Of a stretch of 56,421 bases of DNA, positions 1 through 12,376 are shown piece after piece. Numbering within the stretch: position 1 is the stretch's first letter; each line of letters begins with the position of its first letter. The stretch is from Catajapyx aquilonaris. Taxonomy: Eukaryota. A program made the translations under genes and the position numbers. The notes under the pieces were generated by a model, which saw only the letters and a list, made by a program, of their open reading frames with translations, did no database searches and was not told the origin of the DNA. The stretch lies in contig JYFJ02002470.1 of the NCBI GenBank assembly GCA_000934665.2, positions 1 to 56,421 on the forward strand. The letters run 5' to 3'.

Positions 1-1215
1 GGGGGGTTTGAAAATCCAGAAGAGTTACGACAGTCGGGGAGGGTTCATTACTGGAAAGCTCGTAAGGACAAATGGCGTGCGGGCGAAGCGTCCACGTCAT
101 CCTGACAGTCTACGCCCGCATTGCTGCAATTGGTGCAACCCGATTGGGCCCCGGAAGCAGATGGCCACGCCCACGCTTTTCCACGACCCACAGCGGCCAG
201 ATGAGGAATAAAAAAAAATCGCATCGATCATAGTGGGGTAGATAGGATAGGGGGGGAGGGGGTAGCTGGACGGCCTTTTTGGAAAATAATGCTGGGATTT
301 GGGTGGGTGACGGGAGGGGTGCGGAGAGTACCTACAATAATATGGTACACAGATGGGGAGCTACGACTGGTGCGCCGCCTTTACGCATGATGGGAACGTC
401 AGAGGCAGGGTGGGAAATAGTGGGCCATGTGGTTCATGCCTGGAATTGAAGGCGGCGTGGTCTTGGATATGTAACCGGCATGTAGTGGCCCCTGGTGAAA
501 CTATGGGGGATATGGTTTTTTTTCTCAATGTGGTGTTCACATGCTTACCTCCAATATAATAATACACAGCTCTGATTTTATGAGGGTTCTACCCTTATAC
601 ACATATCCGCATGATATTAGCGCCAGGATGAAGATGCTACCTAATGTGATGTCATGTAAATTAATAAAGCAAGAAATTTTTTATATATTTCCAGGCACTA
701 CCTGAGCTTTTCAAGGATTCCGCCAAATTGGTAGGTACTTAAGACACCAATGCATATGTGAAACGAAGAACTACTGCACGAAATGTTATTAACATACGAA
801 TAAAAATGCCGGTGAAAATGCCATTTATGAAAACTATCCTTGCAGGTGAGGGCAAAATTGATCCTCCATTTGTCATTACATCACTCTACAACAAATATTT
901 ACACCAATAATAAAATTTTCCATAGGTTGCAGGTTATTAATTTTGTTGATTTATGCAGTGCAACGGCATGTACTCTGTGGTATCATATGCGTTTTTAAAG
1001 CCAATTTCATATACTTCCAAACTGTCAGTTGTGACAGAGAGCAATTTTTCCTGGGCTGTCACCAGCAGGTGCGTGCTGATGGCCATCTCAAGAATCACGA
1101 TACCTCAAGGTCAAGCACCGTGGGCATGTGGTCGTTGACGGCTGATTTATGAATTATAATGAACTCTATTCACCTTATAAATTTATCTGGCGATACCATT
1201 CACGCCAGCAGGTCA

Positions 1216-1272
1216 AAGTGACAATACATCTTCCTATAACAATTATTGTTATAGGCAGATGTATTGTCACTT
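1216..1272. repeat. 57 bp near-perfect hairpin
   Basis: AAGTGACAATACATCTTCCTATAACAAT / ATTGTTATAGGCAGATGTATTGTCACTT. Confidence 0.88.
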
Positions 1273-1295
1273 GATCACAACATTGAGGCAGTATC

Positions 1296-1420
1296 TTAAG
1301 AAATCAATTTAACTTTTCTGTATATACATACAGAAAAAATCGCATCGATCATAGTGGGGTAGATAGGATGGGGGGGGGGGATAGCTGTATACATACAGAA
1401 AAATTAAACTGATTTCTTAA
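1296..1420. repeat. TTAA-bounded palindrome carrying an inserted copy of 213-268
   Basis: TTAAGAAATCAATTTAACTTTTCTGTAT / ATACAGAAAAATTAAACTGATTTCTTAA around AAAAAATCGCATCGATCATAGTGGGGTAGATAGGAT(G)nTAGCTG. Confidence 0.8.
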
Positions 1421-4400
1421 TTTACACTAAAATGACAGAAATTTATATAAAGAGAATTATTATATATGGGGTTTTTTCCCTGGCTCAACAGCTGCGTATA
1501 TAGACAGCAACCACTTGTTTCATAACTGTGTCCTGCATATTATAGCCTACGTGGAGTTATTGATGCCATGTTTACAATATGTAGTTTGGTCTCCAGAAGT
1601 GGCCCAACTTACGTTGGCGCATGTACTTGGCGCCCATAGTACAAGGCTGATTTATAATATGGGTCCGAGGCATTTTCAATGATGGCGCTATACAAAAAGC
1701 ATAGAACACGCCTGCATTCATAAAAAGCCATTAAGCAGCTAAAATAAAACGGACATGAATACAAATGGGTCTTTGCGTGTGTATAAGCACAAGAATACAT
1801 CACTCGCTAGTTGAAAAAACCTAGCCAGCAATGACAATTTATCACGTTATGAACGAGCTTCAGTTTGAGTCACAGAGGTGCAATCAGTCTCGAGGTTGTG
1901 GACGCACAGAGACGCATTTTGTTTTAATGATAGCCTGATATTTCCTGTTTGTGCACGGCAGGCTATTTCCAGCTCAACTTGACTGCCATAAAGAGTATTA
2001 CGGTGCTAATGCCGAATTTACACAGAAATTACTCGCTTGTGTCTAACTCGTCATATTTTTTGCCACGTGGAATTAGGAAAACTAATTATGACAGGTGCAG
2101 AGTTCTGGCGGAACGTATGCAATGTCTTCCAGTATATGACTGAAGTTGTATCATGCAATCAACCTAATGTCATTATCTACACATTATTGGTATATTAGTT
2201 GTTTTCTTATGACATATTTTATATTATTTTTCAATGAAAGTTGAAAAGGTTTGGTAAAAGTTCTACATTGTAACTGATAGTCCAACAGCAATGTCCAGAA
2301 ATGCCTGATTGGCCCAACATGACAATATATTGGTGTCACACATTGTGTGATTATTTTCTATATAAGGTACCGTCTGTCAAATGCATGGAATGTGACACAT
2401 CCACTTTTTTCTGAATCTCATATCGTACTCACTGTCAGTTATAGCGGTGGGTGATCCGGAATTGTTGAAATTCATGTTTGGATATGGGAAGAAAAGGATT
2501 GTTATACAATATAGGACATAATTATTATCAACGCATAACCATATGTGTCAAACAAGGCCAGTCAGTTCTTACCTGCATTGCTTTTTGACAAATCACTGCT
2601 ACCAACTTTGCTAGAGAACATTTTACACTTTAGGGCTGTAACACAAAAGGTCAAATACCTATTCAATTCATGGCGGTGTAGCCTACTTTACCTGTACTTT
2701 CATGCTTTTATCATATTTTCCAAACATCTTGCTGCACATAAATATCTGTCATTTTTATATCAATATATAGGATAAAACATGGAGCAATTTATGTGAAGTA
2801 CCACACCCTGTTAAGGGTGTTATGATTTGGTTAACTAACTTATAAATATTTGATCCAAATGTTAATAAATTACATGCCAGAATACAACAAGTCTTGATTT
2901 GTGTATTGTTTACAAAAAAATATGGTGGAAGTGACAAGATGTACCCCATTAGGAGTGTTTTAATAAGTCTGATTTAATTTTTTTGAATGATTTTGAAATA
3001 CAAGTACGGAATGTATCAGTTACTGACTGGTACTCTTTAATTTTTGTATCGCCTCATATATGCCACGGGTGAACAGGTGAGTGAAAAGAGGGTAACATTT
3101 TAATAATAAACTTATGGAAAATTAATTTTGGCACCTTCGATGAATTATTATTAATGTGGAGCATACTGATGAGAAAATATAAATAAGTGAAGAGAAGAGT
3201 CAGTAACTGCATTCTGGACTTGTATTGCACAAATATTTTTAAATTGAACAAAAAAACACAATAATTATGATCCGATAAAATGGTATGATTTTTGGAAAGC
3301 TCTGGAGGTCATTTATTTACCAAACAATCTATAATCCATAACGTCATTATTAATTCATTATTATAAAAATGGTGACTTCAACAATGCAGTTCCACACCTT
3401 GCATATCAAATACAATAATTCTCATAATAATTTAACGGAAATGTATTCTTCAGACAGCTTTGAATTTTCAAACTTCCAGGGCATATCCTAGGTGGAACAA
3501 CCAAATAATTAGGCAGTTGCGCATCATGAAGGCCTATCGCTATTATCCTCATTTCCATAAACATTATTCGCTGTGCTATCAATGCCTCGCAGTACTATTG
3601 CATGCAAATACGCTCAAATAAAATAGCAGAAGCAGAGAGCAGATGAGCCATACCACGTGGCAATATTCGACAACCCCGCCCCTCACCATCTTGGGACAAA
3701 ATGCGCAAAAATTGTCAGGTGTGTGTAAATACGTGAGAATTACACATGCACTAGTTCCACCTAATTAAAACGGTCCTAACTGATGGTGTGCCTTGTTGCA
3801 GGCATCCCAAATAGCAGGTGTCCCAGTCCCATTTTATCACAAGCAAAAAGTTACACGATTCTTGCTGCCTCCGAAGAGCCTGCAAAAGAGCTTCTAATAG
3901 TTTCCAGCGCCAATTACAAGTGCCAGATTAAAGTTGTTAATGTCCCTTTCATCACACCCCCCCCCCCTTCCCCTGTAGTCCCCCTTCCAGCATCCTAACT
4001 TCCCACGCCCCCTCCAGAGGCAGTCATCTGGACGAATTGGGGGTGAAAACCATAATGTTAATGTGAGGGATGCTGTGCTCTGAAAAAGCTCACGTTTTCA
4101 TTGCTCTAATAGAGCATCGAGAGGCAAAATAGTGTTTGGTTCAGGACTTGAAATTGTGCGGGATCTGACCATCACCAAGGATTGTCCTCCTCAACTCGTG
4201 TGAATCCTCTCTTCATGCAGATTGAGTTATCAGAATGAGACCCTATTCAAAGCTGACGCTTTTAGTATGAATGAGTTGAAATACCTTTGCATAATTCATG
4301 GCATACTTTTACAGCAAAGGTTTTCAATAAATCCTGCTGGTGGCTCAGTGCCAAGAGGTGAAGGAACGATTCTATGAAAGGATTTCAAGAATCGATACCA

Positions 4401-6814
4401 TCATGCTAAAAGAGTGGCCTACTCAAATTCCAAATGTCGCTGGCCTCAAAAGAAGCCACGGATATGAATTTAAATCTTGACCACAAACTTGCCTTTTTTG
4501 CCCAACCGAGAGGAGAGCTTCGGGGGAGAAAAAAAGCATCCCGGATAGAAGATGTAATAAGCTGAAAGCCGAAGATATCAGTGGTTATATTACAACCAGA
4601 CATGACCAATGTTGAATTTAGGAAATTATTATATATACAGTCAAATTCAAGGGGAATCATTCCTACTCCATCAGAATGGCGCCATAAAATAAGAGAAAGG
4701 GTTCTAACCCCCCCCCCCCCCCCCCCCCCGCCCCCAAATATACAAAGGCCAATATCCACCATTTCGCAGTACACCAGGTAGAAATAGACAATGCAAAAAT
4801 ATTTGTTAAAAAATGTAATACATGCCGCCAAAATTTTGAATCCGTTACAGTCAGAAGCTATGACTGGCGCCATTCCCGCATCGTGACGCTGCATACCAAT
4901 CAGGTCCATTGACCTTCGCCATGTTCCTTCTAGATTGCTTCGAGTGACTTGTTTGACGATAAGCCCCAAGGTAACATCTCCACCTGTCCATCAGTCCCTC
5001 TTCCAAGTTGCGTTGACGTAATCCACGCGAGACATGTCAGCACCACTGCTTATATCCAGAATATAAATTCCTAACCACATGTTCAACATATTACTCATTC
5101 CAGATTTGGTTCGTGCCATACAGAACAGCAGGCCCAACCCCCTGATGACTTGTGCTCCTAGGATTTAGAAGAAATCCAGGCATCCCCCCTCCTCAATCTT
5201 ATCTTCAAGAAGCTTCCGAAAATCCTCACACAGCCCTCCCAAACTTCTGACGTAATTTACGACACTGACACTCAACTTCTCCCCACCTACCAAACAAGTC
5301 AAACTCCGAAAAAAAAATGTGAGAAAAGAACGCCTTACTCGTTTCCAACTGTACAGGATCCCAATATTCCAACTTTACCTGCCGAACCAGACACTCATCC
5401 TGGACAGGATCCAATGGGACACCACCATTACATAATTGCCACTGGAAAGGTACCGGGGGGGTGGCCGGACGATAGCCACCCAGAAGTCCAGGGATGACCT
5501 TCGTAAATCATTCTCCCACCAGCTTCAACCAAATTGCCGTCCAAACACTAAATTGCCCTATATACTTGCTGGTCCTCTCACTTTCCGTATTTTTTATGCG
5601 TTACTACTCCGGGCGGTATCCGGTTTTACCAACTGCTTTTGACACACATCTAGGTCCATTTTTACAGCAGGGGGATGCCACTGAAACTGGTTAGGTAGAA
5701 AAAACCAAAAAAGGGGTAAAATTTGGAACTGATTTGGGAAGTTGGCAGCAGGTCCTCCAGAGTGTCGGTGGTCGTTGTGGCGAAGGAAGGTCCTCATCAG
5801 CACAGGCTCTTTAGAAGGTAAGTCACATTACAACTCGCCCTCGAAAAAATGAAATTGGTCCCAAGATTAATAGTTCCGCGCGAAAAGAGTTCGCTCTAAG
5901 GACCACCTCCTCTGTCATAAAAGCACTCCTTTACAAGAATTCTACCTGAGTTAGCTTAGATAGCGAGATAATCCGAGCAAAAGTTAAGCCCAATCCAGCT
6001 CCCCCAATTGTCTAAGTTGTAATCTCAAGGGTGTACCTCAGTGTATGTTATATAGAGGCTGTTGTTCTTACACCATGACGGTATTTTCATTATTTTTCCC
6101 CCTCCACTTTCCCCTTCTTCTCTGGCTCTTTTCTTTTCCTTATCGAACAAGTTTTCCATCTCGCGAGGTTCGTCTTGTGCCGATGAGATCGTCGGCAAGC
6201 AGCAGCCTGAGAGTTGAGAAGAAGCTACTGTGCGAGACATGCAGTACTCCCCTGGAGTTTGAGCGCATGGACGAGCCAAGAGCTCTAGTTATAACGCCAA
6301 ATGCCGACTTGAGAAGTTGTAAAACTCGTACCGAGAGCAAATGGTAAAATTTAGTTGAAACTTTTCGCTGCTGCCAAGACTTATGCCCCGCCTTCGCTAG
6401 GAGGAAGCGGGGCATTTGGTCCGGGAATCCAAATTGAGTTTCGCGAAAATGGAATAATTACAAGACACTTGGACGAGGAAGAGGCGGACTCGTCTCAAAT
6501 TGACGAAAATCTTGATTAGCGGCTCGCAATCTCCCAAATCCACTGGAGGGCCGTCTGCAAGACGCGAGCTCGACGAAGCTGAAAGGCTGGCAACACCAGA
6601 GATAGCGTAAATTACCTCCGCTCCCGGACTAGGTTTTGACCAATCCTGTAGCTTCATCTCGCAATGGAATCGCACAACCTGAGACACTGCCGCCTGCTGG
6701 CTGCATTCGCACTGCTGCAATAAGCCCTGCAAGTACTGACTTGCACAGAGCTTCTAACTGAATCATGAATTTTTCTTCAGTAAAAAAATATTTAAAATTG
6801 GCTTTGATACCTTG

Positions 6815-6958
6815 CAAGGGGGTTAGCAACTCCCCAAAAAAGTGTACATCAGATCCTGGAACTGGGAGGTACCACCCGGTACCACCCGGTTCCAGGCCGG
6901 TTCCACATGGTTCCTTGGCCAGTGTGTACACCGGTTCCAGGGAGTTGCTAACCTCTTG
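6815..6958. mobile_element. hAT-like MITE
   Basis: TIRs CAAGGGGGTTAGCAACTCCC / GGGAGTTGCTAACCTCTTG; 8 bp TSD ATACCTTG / ATACCATG; internal GGT(A/T)CC repeats. Confidence 0.8.
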
Positions 6959-9900
6959 ATACCATGGTTCTAAATCAGATGCTTATTCAATATCCTGGCT
7001 GCTGCATGCTCTTGGAAACTTAATCCTATTGGCGTCCATGCTTCTGTCAGCCTACACGACTCCATGAAACGTGGGTGGTTGAGTCTACTTGGCTTCGTAA
7101 ATTAATATTACGGCCAAACAAACACCACCACGAACAAGGGACGAGATTGTGTGGTCTTGGTATGGAAGCTGGGTCTTATATCAAACGGTCAAAGGCTGCA
7201 TCGCCATAAATGGTGCACTTATCTTGGGTTCTAGAAAACCACTGCGTGGGGATCTCACCAACACTTCCAGCGTAGATTTGCTCTATCGCCCATCTCAGAA
7301 TAAACAGGATGGAGGAAAGATCACGTGCAGGAAAGTAATGAGCACAACTTGGTCATACAGTCATGCGGGAATGTTGTTTAGGATTGGTTGATTTTTATTT
7401 TATTTTATCTAAATAGCCTTTTGACATAATTGTCTGATAATGATTCGAAGAATCGGGCCAATCTCGTGCTCTTTATATAGAGCATCTATAGGCTGGTGAA
7501 GTCGTTTTGAAAATTTATTTCATTCCACCATTGCATCCTATATCAAACGTAGGATATAAACTGGTGTCTATACCCTGAAGCTAAACCGCAACCGGCCCTT
7601 GAAACCTAAAGAATAGTAAAATTTGTTGCTGTGAATACCTGATGCGGGTTGAAAGCGACCCGAGACATAATTAGATTGAATTCAAACCGTAATGAAGGTA
7701 GTTAGTTACCGCTAATGAAATAAACATTGAAAATTACGACAACCAAAAGATAACTATAAAAATATAATGAAATTCTGCAGGTCCGTACATAAATTGTAGG
7801 CTTTATTAATATCAATGCAGTCACGTATCATGCTTTTCATTTATAAAACGTGTAAAAAATATTAGAAGCAAGAAATATCCAGAAATATCTGTAATATAAT
7901 ATTGTACCTGCCATGATGCTGCACGTTTTATTTCGGATTTTGCTCACCCCTATTACGTCGCATTCATGGCTATTCTATTAACTTATCAAAGGGAGTCAAA
8001 TGTGCAGAGCAGTTAGGGCCTATATATTGTACGAAGACTAAAGTCGCAAATGAACTGAAAACGACAAATTTTTAATTTAGTCATATTGTATAATTAATCA
8101 TTTGCGGATCATGAAAAACCAATGCAATTTCTGCAACGACTTATGCACTTCTATTCCTTAAATTGAAGAAAAAAGGCACTTTTGACATTCCCTTATTCCC
8201 AGATCAACCTATTGCATATGTATGCAAATGTCAATGCCATCACGATATTAGTTACGTACTGCTCCCATTGTTTGCCTTATCTGTTGCTGTTTATAAGTCC
8301 TTGAACTTGCATCGACTCATAAGTCCCGCATTTTCCATCATGTCAATATGAGTCAAAGTATCAATATTCTGCTCATGTGCATCTACAAAAATTGATTACA
8401 CGCTGCTGATGTCATGCAATGCTCTGAACCATGACTAACGATAGATCACCATAACTGGACACCACTAGACTAAAAGTCTCCTGTATTTTTTTTTGCTAAC
8501 CTCCTCATTCCAGACTCTTACCCGCAACCAGACACATGAACCCGGATTCCTCCCTGTGACCTCAAACCTTTAAAGAGTGCCAATGTGGAGTATATACAAC
8601 GAGCAGGGAATGGCCTCAAGATCAATGGAAATGCAGCCAGTTACAAGCGCCCTGAAGGACCACCTAAGAGGACAATAGTCAGGAAATGGTGTTGACGCCA
8701 GTCCAATTAGTGGGCACGTATGTGGGGCCATATACAAGCCAGAAAGTGTCAAACCGTAAATTGTAGGTCTCCACTCTTGATGTTATAGGCTAGCCGTCTG
8801 CCAAACGAAAAGACAGGATGAGAGGAGATGGTAGGGGGGACACAAAAAATAAGAAGAGACAAAAATACTGCCCCACCACATGTAATCCAAGTCATCTAAG
8901 GAAGGTGAGTCTTGAGGGGTCCAAGTAGACGAGATCATCTGACCCAAGCCCCCAAATGGCTCCTTAGGGAAGGAACGACCCCAAAAATCTCAGACCCTAC
9001 GAGACCAAGCTCCGAGGTGGATTAGACCCCAAGGCTCATGATTACTTGCATCTCTATATAAATACTGCTCTCCCCCCCGCATATATCTGCCACTCTTCGT
9101 CATTTTTGCTCTAAGCCTCTAAGTTGTATGGTCGCTTATGAAGTTTCCTACCTGGACCTTAATACCTTACGTTTCGTAATAAAATTTTTCCAGCCCATCA
9201 GCTGTCTCATGTGTCAGGCTGGATTGGTCAATAGATGCAGGGGTGAAGGATAAGTGTTCGATCCCAAGTTGAAATGTCACCATTGCTGCCAAAGTTGTTT
9301 TTTTTCACAGGCAAAATCTTTGCAGTGGATAGGGAGGGAAAAACAACATAAACCAGAAGGATCGTGAGGGGTGAACTGAAGTAAAGATGAAAGCGACAAA
9401 GTTAGGCTCTGTAGGCCGATAATATGGGCTTTTGGGATGAGAATGACTGCAGACCGCGCCAACTTTTCCCTTTCAATTACTTTTCCGTAGTTGACCGCAT
9501 GGATTAGATCCATAGCCCTGATAATGCAATGATTCACGGGTCAGCAACGTCTTTATTGCGTGACACGTAGGAGTATTCTATAGTAAGATAAGTCTGGTAT
9601 GAGGACAGCATCCCCAAATTCGTGATAATGTGCAGTTTCACAAAGGGTAAGTAAAAACTTGGTTCTAATCACGAAAGTGCATGGAGTTAATAAAGGTACC
9701 TGCACAATAAGTCCATCCTTATCATTTCAACAATCATCACCACATCCGTATACAAGCAGTGTTGCCAGCCCTATTATTTGGCAAATACTATTTTATGCAC
9801 AATAATAACATGGAGCCGATGGAGGGAAAGACATAATTTACAGCAGGTCTCTGTGCTAATGCAGTGTGTAACGCCGAAAATATCGCATTTGTACAGGGTG

Positions 9901-10267
9901 TAGTGCACAACTGTCCAAATACACAGTAGTATAGGGGATGGAGTTAGGATCGTTTACCACAGCAAAAAAATTGAAGGCAACATTTTGCTTCTCTTTAAAG
10001 TTGCCGAAATCTTCTTTGTTGGCGACTCGATACTTTTGGGTAGTACAGTGCTGGTTCCCAAACATTTTGTCCGATGGAGTCATTGTTTCGAAAAAAATTG
10101 ACGGGGGAGCCTATAACGTTTTTTTTCATTCTCTGTGGGCATTACGTAGGGCCTACACGTACTGTGTATGTCGCTCAAAACAAATAGTTTCTACTGTTTA
10201 TTTTTGAGCTATATACAGCTTGTTCACGAATTCATCTGCCAAAATAATATGGGTGGTAGGGAATACT

Positions 10268-10561
10268 TATGGAAGAGACATGCCATGGGCCCGAAATGCC
10301 TACGATGATGTTGACATCGACGATGTCTATCCTGGAAGGTGTGGATACCCCCGTGCATGGTTGCATTGCTGGTTGCCGGGGTCAGGCGGTTGAGCAACGG
10401 TCTGGTATAGTGCGAGCGCCTGGTCCCGGCAACCAGCAATGCAAGCATGCACGGGGGTATCCACACTTGTCAGGATGGACATCGTCGATGTCAAAGACCG
10501 ACGCGACGTCTCCAAACAGATTTTCGCCGGCATTTCGGACCCATCCCATGCCTCTTCCATA
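10268..10561. repeat. GC-rich long inverted repeat (~120 bp arms), probable MITE
   Basis: TATGGAAGAG...CCAGCAATGCAA...CTCTTCCATA. The mirrored ORF translations on both strands reflect the symmetry. Confidence 0.85.
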
Positions 10562-11856
10562 CTCACCCCCTACAACGGGTATTATATTATTTTTATTACA
10601 TATTAGGCCCAGAACCTCAGTTTTCTTGTAAATGAGCGCACTCTGTCGCGTGCATCAAAAATTATATTGGCAAAAATATCTGACAAATTATTATGAGTTT
10701 GCAGAGCCATCCTTCATTAGCCAATAAGTTTGCCAAATGAAACTGTGCATACCTGATGCAGTTGTTCCACGAAATGCCATTTGGGTTGAAATATTCGTCC
10801 AATAAACTAAAAATTTAGGCGCTGTTGTGTTCAAGGACAGGTGGACAAGTGAACTTTTCTTTTTTGAAAAAGTGTCATGTTATTCTCAAAACTTTGGGAA
10901 AGTTTGATGGGAACCACTGAGGTAGTACGTTATCCTGTAATTCATCATTGCTCCGTTTTTGCGTAATGTCAGATGTCATGCGAATTCTCTGATATGCTGC
11001 AACCTTTCATGGTCCAGTCCAGTTGACCATGAAAACTAAATAAACACTCCCCCCGCCACCATGTACTTTCTAGAATAAATTTTAAATGTCGCATTTACAA
11101 TCTGATCACGTGTTGTTGCGATTGAAGTGATATACCAATAAGAAAGGAAAGCGTCTCTAAAACCTTTCCTTGAGACAATTTCCTTTATATTATATCAAAC
11201 TTTCCAATAGCTTTCAACTGGCTAATGGCGACTGTGCTGACAAGGCCAGATTTCAAAATTTCTTCCTTTGGAATTTTACGAGTCAAAAACAATGGCTTAT
11301 AAATTCTACGAATATTTGTAGCAGTGATATGTAAGTGGGTTATGCATTATAGATAGATTAGACATTAGACATGGAAAGGAGTAGCTATACCATATTATTG
11401 AAGTGCATGGCCATTTTATAATGTTAGGAATCAAATTTTATTTTCCCTGTAATGCTTATATACAGTGTATGGTGCTCCACACTGACTCCACAAGGCTGAA
11501 CTTTTTATAGCACTTCGGATAATTATAGTACGTGCACTTGTGCTTGGTTGTCCGCCACTTACACTGGCATACTAGCAACAATGATTAGAAGTGCATGGAT
11601 TATTGGAATGCCATATGAATTATTATTTTCTTCGTCGCTATAAACACATTGCACTCTTAATCCTTTAACCTCATTGATATAAGAAGTAAAGAGATATATG
11701 TTCACTTCTTATCTATGATGTAAATGATTAAGCGTGTTTGAATTATTTCTATACGAGTACATATGTAGCCTATCATGGGGCCTAATGATAAGAATAGCAG
11801 ATGCAGACCGTATATATGACTGGACTTTAGCAAGTGCACCTTTTCGTTAGAGTAAT

Positions 11857-11958
11857 GTTGAATGTAATGGTGCATCTTGCACTAAAGGAATTTTTGCAAC
11901 GTAAATATATTTACGTTGCAAAAATTCTTTTACTGCAAGATGCACCATTACATTCAAC
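11857..11958. repeat. 102 bp near-perfect palindrome
   Basis: GTTGAATGTAATGGTGCATCTTGCA...TGCAAGATGCACCATTACATTCAAC, centred on AAATATATTT with no spacer. Confidence 0.92.
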
Positions 11959-12211
11959 TTTTAATTGGACAGGTCAACCGAAGCGACATTTTTAAGATGA
12001 AACTATTTGGCCATTCTTGTAAAAACCGGTGCTTGAAATAATATAAGGCATGCGGTTTTACAAGTCCAGGTTTTAACAAGCAGTTCAACCATTTAACAAA
12101 TTAACAAATTGTGTCTTATTGGTACTAAAACCAACCTTATGAACAGCAACAGCCATTTTAACTTACAAGTTTGTTAATTGTTTTCATACACTGAACGGCA
12201 AAGCATTAATA

Positions 12212-12376
12212 CAAGGGAGTAAGCACTTGACTGAAAAGTGTACACTGGAGTACCTAATTCAAGGAGTACTACAGTATTAAGGAGTACCTGGGGTACCAAA
12301 GAGTAAAGTACCTAAGGAGTACCAGGGAGTACCATTCGCAAGTGTACACCGGAGTACCGAAGTGATTACCCCCTTG
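12212..12376. mobile_element. hAT-like MITE related to 6815-6958
   Basis: TIRs CAAGGGAGTAAGCACTT / AAGTGATTACCCCCTTG; degenerate 8 bp TSD CATTAATA / CATTAGAA; internal GGAGTACC repeats. Confidence 0.75.

Noticed and set aside
5810..9660. Isolated strong splice donors (5818, 8905, ~9647) as part of a spliced gene
   Set aside because: I could not chain them into a consistent open frame, and such hexamers are expected by chance at this length.
10224..10635. Four overlapping ORFs with mirrored peptides
   Set aside because: Produced by a GC-rich inverted repeat.
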